64,000 nt of DNA from Desulfuromonadales bacterium. Its GTDB lineage: Bacteria > Desulfobacterota > Desulfuromonadia > Desulfuromonadales > SZUA-540. The notes under the pieces are model-generated. The model did no database searches. It was not told where the DNA came from and worked only from the letters and a program-made list of their open reading frames with translations. Of the stretch, positions 50,236 through 59,199 are shown in pieces (the first letter of the stretch is position 1; each line of letters begins with the position of its first letter). Location of the stretch: positions 90,064 to 154,063 of the forward strand of contig JAWSUS010000006.1 of the NCBI GenBank assembly GCA_033549025.1, read 5' to 3'. Both the position numbers and the translations under genes were made by a program.

Positions 50236-51045
50236 GTGTCGCCGATGATCGTTGCACTGAAGATGGACAGACGCCTTATGCGTCCGGGTGTTTTTTTTCT
50301 ATTCCTGGTTTTTCTGGCGAGTTGTGCTCCGAAAGTGGCCTTTGTGCCGCCACCCATGCCGGCCAATATCGAAAACAGCCTTCTGGACCGGCTGCAGGAA
50401 TCCAGCGGTTATTTTCAGTCATTGAAAGGTCTGGCGAAAGTCCAGGTTTCCACCCGGGATCGTTCGATCCGCGTCAACCAGGTCGTGCTGCTGGAAAAGC
50501 CTTACAACCTGAGGACTGAGGTGATGGGGCCATTTGGCCAGACTTACATGGTTCTTGCCAGCAACAGGGAGCAACTGTCCGTCTATCTTCCCCATTCGGC
50601 TGAATTCTATGAAGGCAAGCCCTCCTCTGAAAACCTGGGGAAGTTTTTGCGACTTCCCTTTGAAGTGGAGGATCTGGTCAAGATCATCCTCTACCAGGTT
50701 CCCCTGGTCGATTTTCAGCGTACCGAGGTTTCCTATACGTCGGAAGGCAATTACCGTCTCACGCTTTATGCCGAAGATCAGTATTCCCAGGAGGCTGTTT
50801 TCAACCCGGATCTGCGTCTGCTGTCTTCAGCTTATTTTCGGCAGGCAGAAAAGCTGCTTTCTGTCTCCTATGCCGATTTCGATGCGAACTCACCGGCCTT
50901 TCCCCATCAAATCGAGGTAGAGATTCCGGCGGGGCAGACCCAGGCCGAGGTGAGCTTTTCCGATATCGATGTCAATATTCCGATTGATCACGAACGTTTC
51001 AAGATGACGGCGCCGGCTGGTGTCGCCATAAAGCCTTTGCCTTGA
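50236..51045 (+). CDS. Lipoprotein of LolB/DUF4292-like type
   Basis: Lipobox LASC; beta-rich; LRTEVMGPFGQ and FPHQIEV; follows a TPR lipoprotein. The start may be a downstream ATG (e.g. 50263). Confidence 0.65.
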   Translation: MSPMIVALKMDRRLMRPGVFFLFLVFLASCAPKVAFVPPPMPANIENSLLDRLQESSGYFQSLKGLAKVQVSTRDRSIRVNQVVLLEKPYNLRTEVMGPFGQTYMVLASNREQLSVYLPHSAEFYEGKPSSENLGKFLRLPFEVEDLVKIILYQVPLVDFQRTEVSYTSEGNYRLTLYAEDQYSQEAVFNPDLRLLSSAYFRQAEKLLSVSYADFDANSPAFPHQIEVEIPAGQTQAEVSFSDIDVNIPIDHERFKMTAPAGVAIKPLP

Positions 51046-51062
51046 TTGTCCGGAGACTCTGC

Positions 51063-52679
51063 ATGAGCCGCTTCTGTCTTCTCTTCGCGCTGATCTTTCT
51101 TCTGCCCGGCTGCGACCCTCAGAATATAACGTCTCCGGACGGCGAGGTTCCCAACGAACCGGCTTACGGTGACACGATCGTGATGGGCTCCATTGGCGAC
51201 GCCAGCAATTTGCTGCCTGTGCTGGCTTCCGATTCCTCTTCTTCCGAAATCAACGGGTTGATCTATAACGGCCTGGTGCGTTACGACAAAAATTTCAATA
51301 TCGAGGGTGAGCTGGCGGAGTCCTGGGAAATTTCCGACGATAACAGAACCCTTACTTTCAAGCTGCGTCCCGATGTACGCTGGCATGATGGGACCCCCTT
51401 TACGTCGGCCGATGTCCTGTTCACTTATCAAGTATACGTCGATCCCAACACACCTACCGCCTACGCCGAGCAATATCGGCTGGTCAAAACGGCTGAAGCT
51501 CCTGATCCTCTGACCTTTCGGGTGTCTTACGAGGAACCGCTGGCGACCGCTCTCATCAGTTGGGGCGTCGCCATTATGCCCAGACATCTGCTGGAGGGGA
51601 AGGATATCACCCAGAGCCCCTTGTCCCGTTCGCCCGTGGGTACCGGTCCCTACGTGTTCAAAGAATGGAGTCCCGGCGAAAAGATCGTCCTGGAGGCCAA
51701 CGAGGATTACTTTGAGGGGAAACCCTACATCAAGAGGGTTCTCTACCGGGTCATTCCCGATCAGTCGACCATGTTTCTGGAGCTCCTTTCCGGCGGTCTC
51801 GATTACATGGGACTCAATCCCATCCAGTTCGAGACCCAGACGGAAACGCCGGCCTTCCGGCGCCGCTTCAACAAATACCGCTATCCCTCATCGGGCTATA
51901 CCTATCTGGGCTACAACCTGCGCAAAGCGCTTTTTCAGGATAAAAGGGTGCGGCAGGCCATCTCCTATGCGATTGACGAGAATGAGCTGATCGATGGCGT
52001 CCTGCTTGGGCTCGGACAGGTGGCAACGGGGCCTTACAAGCCGGGATCGTGGGCCTATAATCCGGAGGTAAAGACCTACACCTACGATCCTGAGCGGTCG
52101 CGGAGCCTGCTGGCCGAAGCCGGCTGGCAGGACCACGACGGTGATGGCATTCTCGATAAGGAGGGAAAACCTTTTTCCTTTACCATCGTCACCAACCAGG
52201 GCAATGATCAGCGCATCAAAAGTGGTGAGATTATCCAGCGGCGGCTGCGTGAGGTGGGGATCGAGGTTCGTTTGCGGGTGATCGAATGGGCTTCGTTCCT
52301 GAAGGAGTTTATCAACCCCGGCAACTTCGATGCGACCATTCTGGGGTGGACCATTCCCCCCGATCCTGATTCGTACAACGTCTGGCACAGCAGCAAGACC
52401 CGACCCGGCGAGCTCAATTTCATCCAGTTCCGCCACCCCGAGGTCGATGAACTGCTGGAGAAGGGGCGGCGGACTCTTTCGCAGGAAGAGCGCAAGAAGC
52501 TTTACGACCGTTTTCAGGAAATCCTGGCTGAAGAGCAGCCCTACACCTTTCTCTATGTTCCTGACGCTCTGCCCGTTGTGGCCGAGCGCTTCCGGGGGAT
52601 CGAGCCCGCCCCCGCCGGCATAATGCATAACTTTATCGAGTGGTATGTTCCCGATGGTCAACATAAGTACACGCGTTGA
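51063..52679 (+). CDS. Peptide/nickel ABC transporter substrate-binding lipoprotein (family 5)
   Basis: Lipobox LPGC; LAESW, KLRPDVRWHDG.PFTSADV.FT, PVGTGPY, RVRQAI. Confidence 0.93.
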   Translation: MSRFCLLFALIFLLPGCDPQNITSPDGEVPNEPAYGDTIVMGSIGDASNLLPVLASDSSSSEINGLIYNGLVRYDKNFNIEGELAESWEISDDNRTLTFKLRPDVRWHDGTPFTSADVLFTYQVYVDPNTPTAYAEQYRLVKTAEAPDPLTFRVSYEEPLATALISWGVAIMPRHLLEGKDITQSPLSRSPVGTGPYVFKEWSPGEKIVLEANEDYFEGKPYIKRVLYRVIPDQSTMFLELLSGGLDYMGLNPIQFETQTETPAFRRRFNKYRYPSSGYTYLGYNLRKALFQDKRVRQAISYAIDENELIDGVLLGLGQVATGPYKPGSWAYNPEVKTYTYDPERSRSLLAEAGWQDHDGDGILDKEGKPFSFTIVTNQGNDQRIKSGEIIQRRLREVGIEVRLRVIEWASFLKEFINPGNFDATILGWTIPPDPDSYNVWHSSKTRPGELNFIQFRHPEVDELLEKGRRTLSQEERKKLYDRFQEILAEEQPYTFLYVPDALPVVAERFRGIEPAPAGIMHNFIEWYVPDGQHKYTR

Positions 52680-52725
52680 TCTTTTGCCGGCGGTCAGGTA
52701 AGAAAAGCCCAGGAAAGGACCGATC

Positions 52726-53700
52726 TTGTTCCAGTATCTCCTTAAACGACTCCTTATGATGGTTCCGCTGCTGCTGGGGATCACTCTGATCTCTTTTGTC
52801 GTGATTCACCTGGCTCCCGGTGAACCCACCGATATGCAGACCGACCTCAACCCGGAGGCGAGTGTCGAGTTGAAAGAGCGCCTGCGGGCCCAGTATGATC
52901 TCGACAAACCTTTGCTGGTTCAGTATGGCAAATGGCTGGGGAGACTCGCACAGCTCGATTTCGGTGACTCCTTTTCGCAGGATCGGCGTCAGGTTCTCGA
53001 CAAGATTCTGGAGAGACTGCCGATTACCATTCTCATCAATCTTTTGTCGATTCTCCTCATTCTGGCCGTCTCGGTGCCGATTGGCGTCCTGGCCGCCACC
53101 CGGCGCAATTCTCTGTTCGACCGTTTGACCACTATTTTCGTATTTGTCGGTTTTGCTACTCCCTCCTTCTGGCTCGCGCTGCTGCTCATGGATTATCTTG
53201 GCGTGCAGTTGGGATTGTTCCCGATTGCCGGCATCAAATCACTGGGGCACGAATATCTTGGCTGGGCCGAGCAGATTTGGGACCGGGTGCATCACCTGAT
53301 TTTGCCTGTTTTTGTGTCGGCCTTTGGCGGCCTGGCCGGTTTTTCCCGCTACATGCGCTCCAATATGCTCGAGGTCGTGCGCCAGGACTACATTCTGACG
53401 GCGCGGGCCAAGGGACTGGCCGAAAGGGCGGTTATTTACAAGCATGCCTTGCGCAACGCCCTGCTTCCCGTCATCACCATTCTGGGGTTGTCCGTGCCCG
53501 GCCTCATCGGCGGCAGCGTTATTTTCGAAACGATTTTCGCCATTCCCGGGATGGGCAAACTTTTTTATGATGGTGTCATGATGCGTGATTATCCTCTGAT
53601 TATGGGCATTCTGGTCATGGGCGCCATATTGACCCTGGTGGGCAATCTTATCGCCGATTTGAGCTATGCTCTGGCTGATCCGCGCATTCGCAAATCCTGA
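52726..53700 (+). CDS. Peptide ABC transporter permease (OppB/DppB-like)
   Basis: [37 protein letters not shown]. Confidence 0.94.
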   Translation: MFQYLLKRLLMMVPLLLGITLISFVVIHLAPGEPTDMQTDLNPEASVELKERLRAQYDLDKPLLVQYGKWLGRLAQLDFGDSFSQDRRQVLDKILERLPITILINLLSILLILAVSVPIGVLAATRRNSLFDRLTTIFVFVGFATPSFWLALLLMDYLGVQLGLFPIAGIKSLGHEYLGWAEQIWDRVHHLILPVFVSAFGGLAGFSRYMRSNMLEVVRQDYILTARAKGLAERAVIYKHALRNALLPVITILGLSVPGLIGGSVIFETIFAIPGMGKLFYDGVMMRDYPLIMGILVMGAILTLVGNLIADLSYALADPRIRKS

Positions 53701-53761
53701 TCGATAGCGGCCTGATCTGGGTCGCCGTCCGTATCCTCGTTAGCTGAAACAGGCCGTATCT

Positions 53762-54619
53762 ATGGGTAGAGGCAAAAAACAATCCTTCATTCTCGATGTC
53801 TTCTGGCCGCGGTTTCGTCGGAACCGCATGGCTCTGGCCGGTCTGGCCATTGTGCTGGGGATGTTCTTTCTCGCTCTTCTGGCCCCCGTGATCGGCGGTG
53901 ATCCCGGTGCCATCGACATCCCCCATCGGCTGCAGTCTCCTGGCCTGGCCTATCCCCTCGGAACGGACGATCTGGGGCGCGACGTCATGACGCGCATTCT
54001 CTATGGGGCCCGGATTTCGCTGCTGGTCGGTTTCGTCGCTGTCGGCATCGCCACCTTGATCGGCATCTTTGTCGGCGCCCTGGCCGGTTACTATGGGGGG
54101 TGGGTCGATGCCGTCATCATGCGCTTTGTGGATATCATGCTCTGCTTTCCCACTTTTTTTCTCATCCTGGCCGTCATCGCGTTTCTGGAACCGTCGATCT
54201 GGAACATCATGATTATTATCGGGCTGACGGGCTGGATGGGCGTCGCCCGGCTGGTGCGGGCCGAATTCCTCTCCCTGCGCGAGAGAGATTTTGTGCTGGC
54301 GGCCCTGGCTCTGGGCGGTTCGGATCTGCGGATCATTTTCCGCCACATTCTGCCCAATGCGCTTTCGCCCGTCCTGGTTTCGGCCACCCTGGGGGTTGCC
54401 GGTGCCATCCTGACCGAAAGTGCGCTGTCCTTTTTGGGGATAGGGGTGCAGCCGCCCACACCATCCTGGGGAAACATGCTGATTGCCGGCAAACAGACCC
54501 TGGGCACCGCCTGGTGGCTTTCCGCTTTTCCCGGGTTGGCTATTCTCGTTACGGTGCTCGGGTATAACCTCCTGGGGGAGGGCATTCGGGACGCCCTTGA
54601 CCCGCGTCTGAAGGAATAA
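53762..54619 (+). CDS. Peptide ABC transporter permease (OppC/DppC-like)
   Basis: [39 protein letters not shown]. Confidence 0.94.
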   Translation: MGRGKKQSFILDVFWPRFRRNRMALAGLAIVLGMFFLALLAPVIGGDPGAIDIPHRLQSPGLAYPLGTDDLGRDVMTRILYGARISLLVGFVAVGIATLIGIFVGALAGYYGGWVDAVIMRFVDIMLCFPTFFLILAVIAFLEPSIWNIMIIIGLTGWMGVARLVRAEFLSLRERDFVLAALALGGSDLRIIFRHILPNALSPVLVSATLGVAGAILTESALSFLGIGVQPPTPSWGNMLIAGKQTLGTAWWLSAFPGLAILVTVLGYNLLGEGIRDALDPRLKE

Positions 54620-54659
54620 GGCAGGCCGGGCTGTTTTCACCCTTTTTTCAAGGTTTTTT

Positions 54660-55172
54660 ATGGGAGCCAAAATCAGTCGCAATGATCTCTGCCCCTGCGG
54701 CAGCGGTAAGAAATACAAAAAGTGCTGTTTGCTGCAAAGGCAAACGGCAGGGGATCTCCGTGGGCTCTCCCCCGCCGGTCTGGTCCGTGCGAGAGCGCAC
54801 GCCTTCGACGAAGGCAATTTCGGCCTGATTTACGACACCTACCACGGCGATTCCCATTTTCGGCAGCAGTTTCCCGAGCGCGACGCCTATATCCAATACG
54901 GACAAGCGAACCTGTCCGCTGATTTCTCTATCAAAAAGTGCCAGATTATCCGTGAGGACATTGCTGAATCAGGTGCCCACGTCATCTTTTATCTCGAGAC
55001 AGTTTATCGAGGAACTGTGAATGAGAGTTTCGAACTCTCTCTCTTCTATCGGGAGGATGGGGAGTGGCGGTACCATTCCAGCCAAAAAATGGGCCGGGAA
55101 GACTATGACGGCGCCGTGGACGATCTGGATAGGGCGGCCTTCGATCGGGTCAAGGATAAGATTTACTTCTAA
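54660..55172 (+). CDS. YchJ-family protein with N-terminal SEC-C motif
   Basis: [34 protein letters not shown]. Confidence 0.85.
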   Translation: MGAKISRNDLCPCGSGKKYKKCCLLQRQTAGDLRGLSPAGLVRARAHAFDEGNFGLIYDTYHGDSHFRQQFPERDAYIQYGQANLSADFSIKKCQIIREDIAESGAHVIFYLETVYRGTVNESFELSLFYREDGEWRYHSSQKMGREDYDGAVDDLDRAAFDRVKDKIYF

Positions 55173-55192
55173 TTCGAAGAGACAAGGATCAC

Positions 55193-56554
55193 ATGAACAG
55201 CTCTACCGTGCGGGGGCAGTGGGCCAGTCGGCTGGGCTTCATCCTGGCTGCGGCCGGCAGCGCCATAGGCCTTGGCAATATCTGGAAGTTTCCCTACATT
55301 ACCGGTCAGAACGGTGGCGGCGCCTTTGTCCTCGTCTACCTGATCTGTATCCTGCTGGTTGGTCTGCCGATCATGATGGCCGAGTTGCACATCGGCCGAC
55401 GGGGGCAGAGGGATGCGGTCGGCTGTTTCGCTGTTCTGGAGAAAAAACGGACCCCTTGGCGCTTTATCGGCTGGCTGGGGGTGTGCTCGTCTTTTCTGCT
55501 GCTGTCTTTTTATGCCGTTGTGGCGGGCTGGAGCTTCGATTACGTCGTGCAGGCCGCTTCAGGTGGCTTCCGAGGACGCAGTGCCGAGGAAATCAACGCT
55601 CTTTTCGGTCAGCTCGTTTCATCGCCGGCCCAGGTTATTTTTTGGCAGGGGAGCTTTCTGGTGGCCACCGTCGGCATCGTGGTTGGCGGTGTCCGCGGCG
55701 GTATCGAACGCTGGAGTAAAATCCTGATGCCGCTGTTGTTTCTGCTGCTGTTGCTGCTTTTTCTGCGCGGCATGTTCTCGCCGGGGGCCAAAGCCGGTCT
55801 CGAATTCATGTTTCGTCCGGATTTTGCCAGGCTTACCCCCGCCGCGCTGCTCGATGCCCTGGGCCACGCCTTTTTTACCCTTTCACTAGGCGCCGCAACC
55901 ATGATCACCTACGGCTCCTACCTGGACGAGAAGGCCGATCTGCTCTCTTTGTCCTTACGGATCACCCTGCTCGACATCATGGTAGCCCTCTTGGCCGGGT
56001 TGGCGATTTTTCCCGTTGTTTTTGCCGCTGGCCTGGAACCGAACAGCGGTCCAGGCCTCGTTTTCCAGACCATTCCCATCGTCTTTTCCTCCATGCCTTT
56101 TGGCTCCATTCTCGCGGTTCTCTTCTTTCTGCTTCTCTCTTTTGCCGCCTTGTCCTCGTCCATCTCCATGCTTGAAGTCTCGGTTTCGTATCTGGTCGAT
56201 GAAAAAGGCTGGGGGAGGGGCTTATCCACTCTGTTGCTCGGAGGGGCGGCCTTCGTCGTCGGGATTCCCTCGGCGCTTTCCTTTAACCGTCTTGCTGGGT
56301 TTACCCCCTTTTTCGGGCAGACCTTCTTTGATTTCGTCAATGCCCTTGTCTCTTCGTACCTGCTGCCCCTCGGTGGTTTTTTCGTCGCCGTTTACGCGGG
56401 CTGGTTCTGGAAAGGTTCCAGAAGACAGGATGCTCTTGACGGCGGCAAAGATCGGCCCTGGCTCTATCCCGTGTGGCATGTTTTAATAAAATATCTCGCA
56501 CCGGGCGCTGTCGCCGTGGTGCTGCTCAATCAGATAGGCTGGTTTTCGCCCTGA
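55193..56554 (+). CDS. Sodium-dependent transporter (NSS/SLC6 family)
   Basis: WASRLGFILAAAGSAIGLGNIWKFP, GGGAF, FFTLSLG, GPGLVF. Confidence 0.94.
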   Translation: MNSSTVRGQWASRLGFILAAAGSAIGLGNIWKFPYITGQNGGGAFVLVYLICILLVGLPIMMAELHIGRRGQRDAVGCFAVLEKKRTPWRFIGWLGVCSSFLLLSFYAVVAGWSFDYVVQAASGGFRGRSAEEINALFGQLVSSPAQVIFWQGSFLVATVGIVVGGVRGGIERWSKILMPLLFLLLLLLFLRGMFSPGAKAGLEFMFRPDFARLTPAALLDALGHAFFTLSLGAATMITYGSYLDEKADLLSLSLRITLLDIMVALLAGLAIFPVVFAAGLEPNSGPGLVFQTIPIVFSSMPFGSILAVLFFLLLSFAALSSSISMLEVSVSYLVDEKGWGRGLSTLLLGGAAFVVGIPSALSFNRLAGFTPFFGQTFFDFVNALVSSYLLPLGGFFVAVYAGWFWKGSRRQDALDGGKDRPWLYPVWHVLIKYLAPGAVAVVLLNQIGWFSP

Positions 56555-56555
56555 T

Positions 56556-57377
56556 ATGCCGGAACTGCCCGAAGTCGAAATCACCCGACAGGGGATAAAC
56601 GATGCCATCCAGGGTCGGCTGGTGCGCCATTTTGTATTGCGCAACGGGGATTTGCGCTGGCCGGTCGACCCCCAACTTGCTCATATTCTGCCTGGCCAGG
56701 TGGTATGTAGAGTGGAACGCCGCGCCAAATTTCTGCTGCTGCGGATGCGTGGCGGCACGCTGCTGATCCATCTGGGCATGAGCGGTTTTTTCCGGGTGGT
56801 TCCGCCAACCAGCCCGGTCGGTCGTCACGATCACCTTGATCTGGTCTTTGAAGACGATACCTGCCTGCGTTACAACGATGTGCGTCGTTTTGGGGCGTTT
56901 CTCTGGACTCAGGACGAACCCGCGCGGCATCCTCTTCTGGCCGGACTTGGCCCGGAACCTTTCGACAAAAGGGTGGAGGGCTCTTTTCTTCAGGATCGTT
57001 TCAACGGGCGTGCAGCCCCGGTAAAGAATGTCCTTATGGATCAGAAGGTCGTGGCGGGTCTCGGCAATATCTACGCGAATGAAGCTCTCTTCGCTGCCGG
57101 AATATCGCCTCTGCGAGCGGCCGGTCAACTGACTCGCGCCCAATGCGATCGCCTTTCCGTGGCTGTGAAGGAAGTCCTGAACCGTGCGATCGAGAGCGGC
57201 CAACAGTCTCTGAACCGTTTTTACGAACCGGTGACAGGTGAAAAGCCGGGATATTTCCCTTTTGTTTTCGCTGTCTACGGCCGTGATAACCAGAACTGTT
57301 CCCGATGCGGAAAGCCTATTACCAAAATCGTGCAGGCGGGCCGCTCTACTTATTTCTGCTCTTCCTGCCAGTCATGA
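56556..57377 (+). CDS. mutM: Formamidopyrimidine-DNA glycosylase (Fpg)
   Basis: MPELPEVE, RRAK, HLGMSG, RRFG, H2TH GLGNIYANEAL, C-terminal CxxC...CxxCQ. Confidence 0.94.
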   Translation: MPELPEVEITRQGINDAIQGRLVRHFVLRNGDLRWPVDPQLAHILPGQVVCRVERRAKFLLLRMRGGTLLIHLGMSGFFRVVPPTSPVGRHDHLDLVFEDDTCLRYNDVRRFGAFLWTQDEPARHPLLAGLGPEPFDKRVEGSFLQDRFNGRAAPVKNVLMDQKVVAGLGNIYANEALFAAGISPLRAAGQLTRAQCDRLSVAVKEVLNRAIESGQQSLNRFYEPVTGEKPGYFPFVFAVYGRDNQNCSRCGKPITKIVQAGRSTYFCSSCQS

Positions 57378-57477
57378 GTGTCGGGTCGGTCCGAATTATG
57401 TGGATAAACCTGAAGGTTTGTGGAATCATGCCGGCGCAGTCAATGGGCAATTCACGGATTTTCAAAGTTGAGGGGCA

Positions 57478-57966
57478 ATGACAACTCTACTCTGGTGGCA
57501 TTGGGTTCTGGTGGGGATCATCCTGGTGCTTCTTGAACTGGTGGTTCCTTCCTTTACCATCTTCTGGTTCGGCCTGGGGGCGCTTTTAACCGGTCTTTTA
57601 GTGGCGGTTCTGCCAGGACTGGCTCTTGAATGGCAGTTACTGGTTTTCTCCCTCTCCAGTATTTTTTTCACCTTCTTGTGGTTTCGCTATTTCCGCCCGC
57701 GCAAAAGGGCCTCATCCTCCGCAATGGATGAGAACCTCGCCGTCGGCCAGACCGGCATTGCCGCCACCAGAGCTCTGGTTCCCGGGGAGAGCGGTCGCGT
57801 GGTTTTTTCCGTCCCCGTCCTTGGCTACGAATCCTGGGCGTATACCGCCGATGAACCGATCAACACCGGGGACCGTCTCCGGGTGGTGGCCGTGTTGAGT
57901 TCAGCCGGGGGAGAGGAGGATGGCACGGGGCATGAAAAAATCCTCAAAGTTGAGAAGGTTCATTAA
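57478..57966 (+). CDS. NfeD family membrane protein (short form)
   Basis: WVLVGIILVLLEL..PSF..WFGLGA; C-terminal OB-like domain; upstream of an SPFH gene. Confidence 0.88.
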   Translation: MTTLLWWHWVLVGIILVLLELVVPSFTIFWFGLGALLTGLLVAVLPGLALEWQLLVFSLSSIFFTFLWFRYFRPRKRASSSAMDENLAVGQTGIAATRALVPGESGRVVFSVPVLGYESWAYTADEPINTGDRLRVVAVLSSAGGEEDGTGHEKILKVEKVH

Positions 57967-58068
57967 GAGACGGTGCTTCTGGTTTAAACACGTTTGTTCT
58001 GTCCCCGCCATCTGACGCCGAGTCTGTTTGAGGCGTGACCTATTATCGTTCCAGTTGAAGGGAAAATC

Positions 58069-58962
58069 ATGGATATCGCACTGATTATCATTGGCGCCAT
58101 TTTGCTGCTTGTCGTCATCACCATCTCCGCCGGAGTCAAGATTGTCCCGCAGGGCTACGAGTTTGTCATTATGCGTCTTGGCAAATATCAGTCGACGCTG
58201 AAACCGGGTCTGAACATCATTATCCCCTACATCGACACCATCGCCGCCAAGGTCACACGCAAAGATATCTCCCTGGATATTCCCAGTCAGGAAGTCATCA
58301 CGCGGGATAACGCGGTGATCATTACCAACGCCATTGCCTTCATCAATATTCATACCCCTCACAAGGCTATTTTCGGGATCGATCATTACGAGCATGCCAC
58401 CCGCAACCTGGTCATGACCAATCTGCGTGCCATTATCGGCCAAATGGATCTGGATGACGCGCTGAGTTCCCGCGAACAGATCAAAGTCAGGCTCATTCAG
58501 GCCATTTCGACAGATCTGGAAGATTGGGGCCTGACGGTCAAGAGTATCGAGATTCAGGACATCAAGCCGTCATCCACCATGCAGGCCTCCATGGAACGGC
58601 AAGCCGCGGCCGAGAGGATTCGTCGGGCTGCCATCACCGAGGCCGAAGGCGAAAAACAGGCCGCCATCCTAACCGCCGAGGGCAAAAAACAAGCCTCGAT
58701 TCTGGCGGCGGAAGGGGATCTGGAAGCTTCTCGACGGCAGGCCGAAGCCCGTATCGTCCTGGCCAACGCCACCAAGGATGCTCTGGCCCTGGTACAGCAA
58801 GGCATTGGCGCCGAACAGCTGCCGGCGCTCTATCTGCTGGGGGAAAAATATATCGCCGCTCTGCAGGAGTTGGGTGTCTCCGACAACGCCAAAACGGTGA
58901 TCCTGCCGGCCGATCTGCCGGCGGCATTGCAGGGAATGTTTGGGCTCAAAGGCATGAAGTAA
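58069..58962 (+). CDS. SPFH/band 7 (paraslipin/QmcA-like) protein
   Basis: RLGKY..TLKPGL, QEVITRDN, RAIIGQMDLD, AEGEKQAAIL. Confidence 0.93.
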   Translation: MDIALIIIGAILLLVVITISAGVKIVPQGYEFVIMRLGKYQSTLKPGLNIIIPYIDTIAAKVTRKDISLDIPSQEVITRDNAVIITNAIAFINIHTPHKAIFGIDHYEHATRNLVMTNLRAIIGQMDLDDALSSREQIKVRLIQAISTDLEDWGLTVKSIEIQDIKPSSTMQASMERQAAAERIRRAAITEAEGEKQAAILTAEGKKQASILAAEGDLEASRRQAEARIVLANATKDALALVQQGIGAEQLPALYLLGEKYIAALQELGVSDNAKTVILPADLPAALQGMFGLKGMK

Positions 58963-59051
58963 TGAACGGTCTGCCAGCAGGGTGACGTCCCAGAAGGTTC
59001 AGCCTGCCGCTTTGACAGAAGAAACCTGTTCATTGGTTTGGAATACAGCAG

Positions 59052-59089
59052 CGGCCAACTTCCCCAGCATGGAGGTTGGCCGTTTTTTT
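59052..59089 (+). terminator. Intrinsic terminator after the SPFH gene
   Basis: CGGCCAACTTCC-loop-GGAGGTTGGCCG followed by T7. Confidence 0.8.
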
Positions 59090-59199
59090 GTATTTTTGAA
59101 AGACAGTTTAAGGCGCCGCTTCGCCTGGGGGTTTTCCTGTTTTGTCGTCTGGACACTTTCTGTTATAGTCATTTCAACCTTTCATGAGAAATTGACCCT

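Noticed and set aside
52681..52725. TCAGGT...GGAAAGG segment reminiscent of SRP RNA
   Set aside because: Lacks the SRP domain IV consensus and flanking helix; explained by the permease RBS region.
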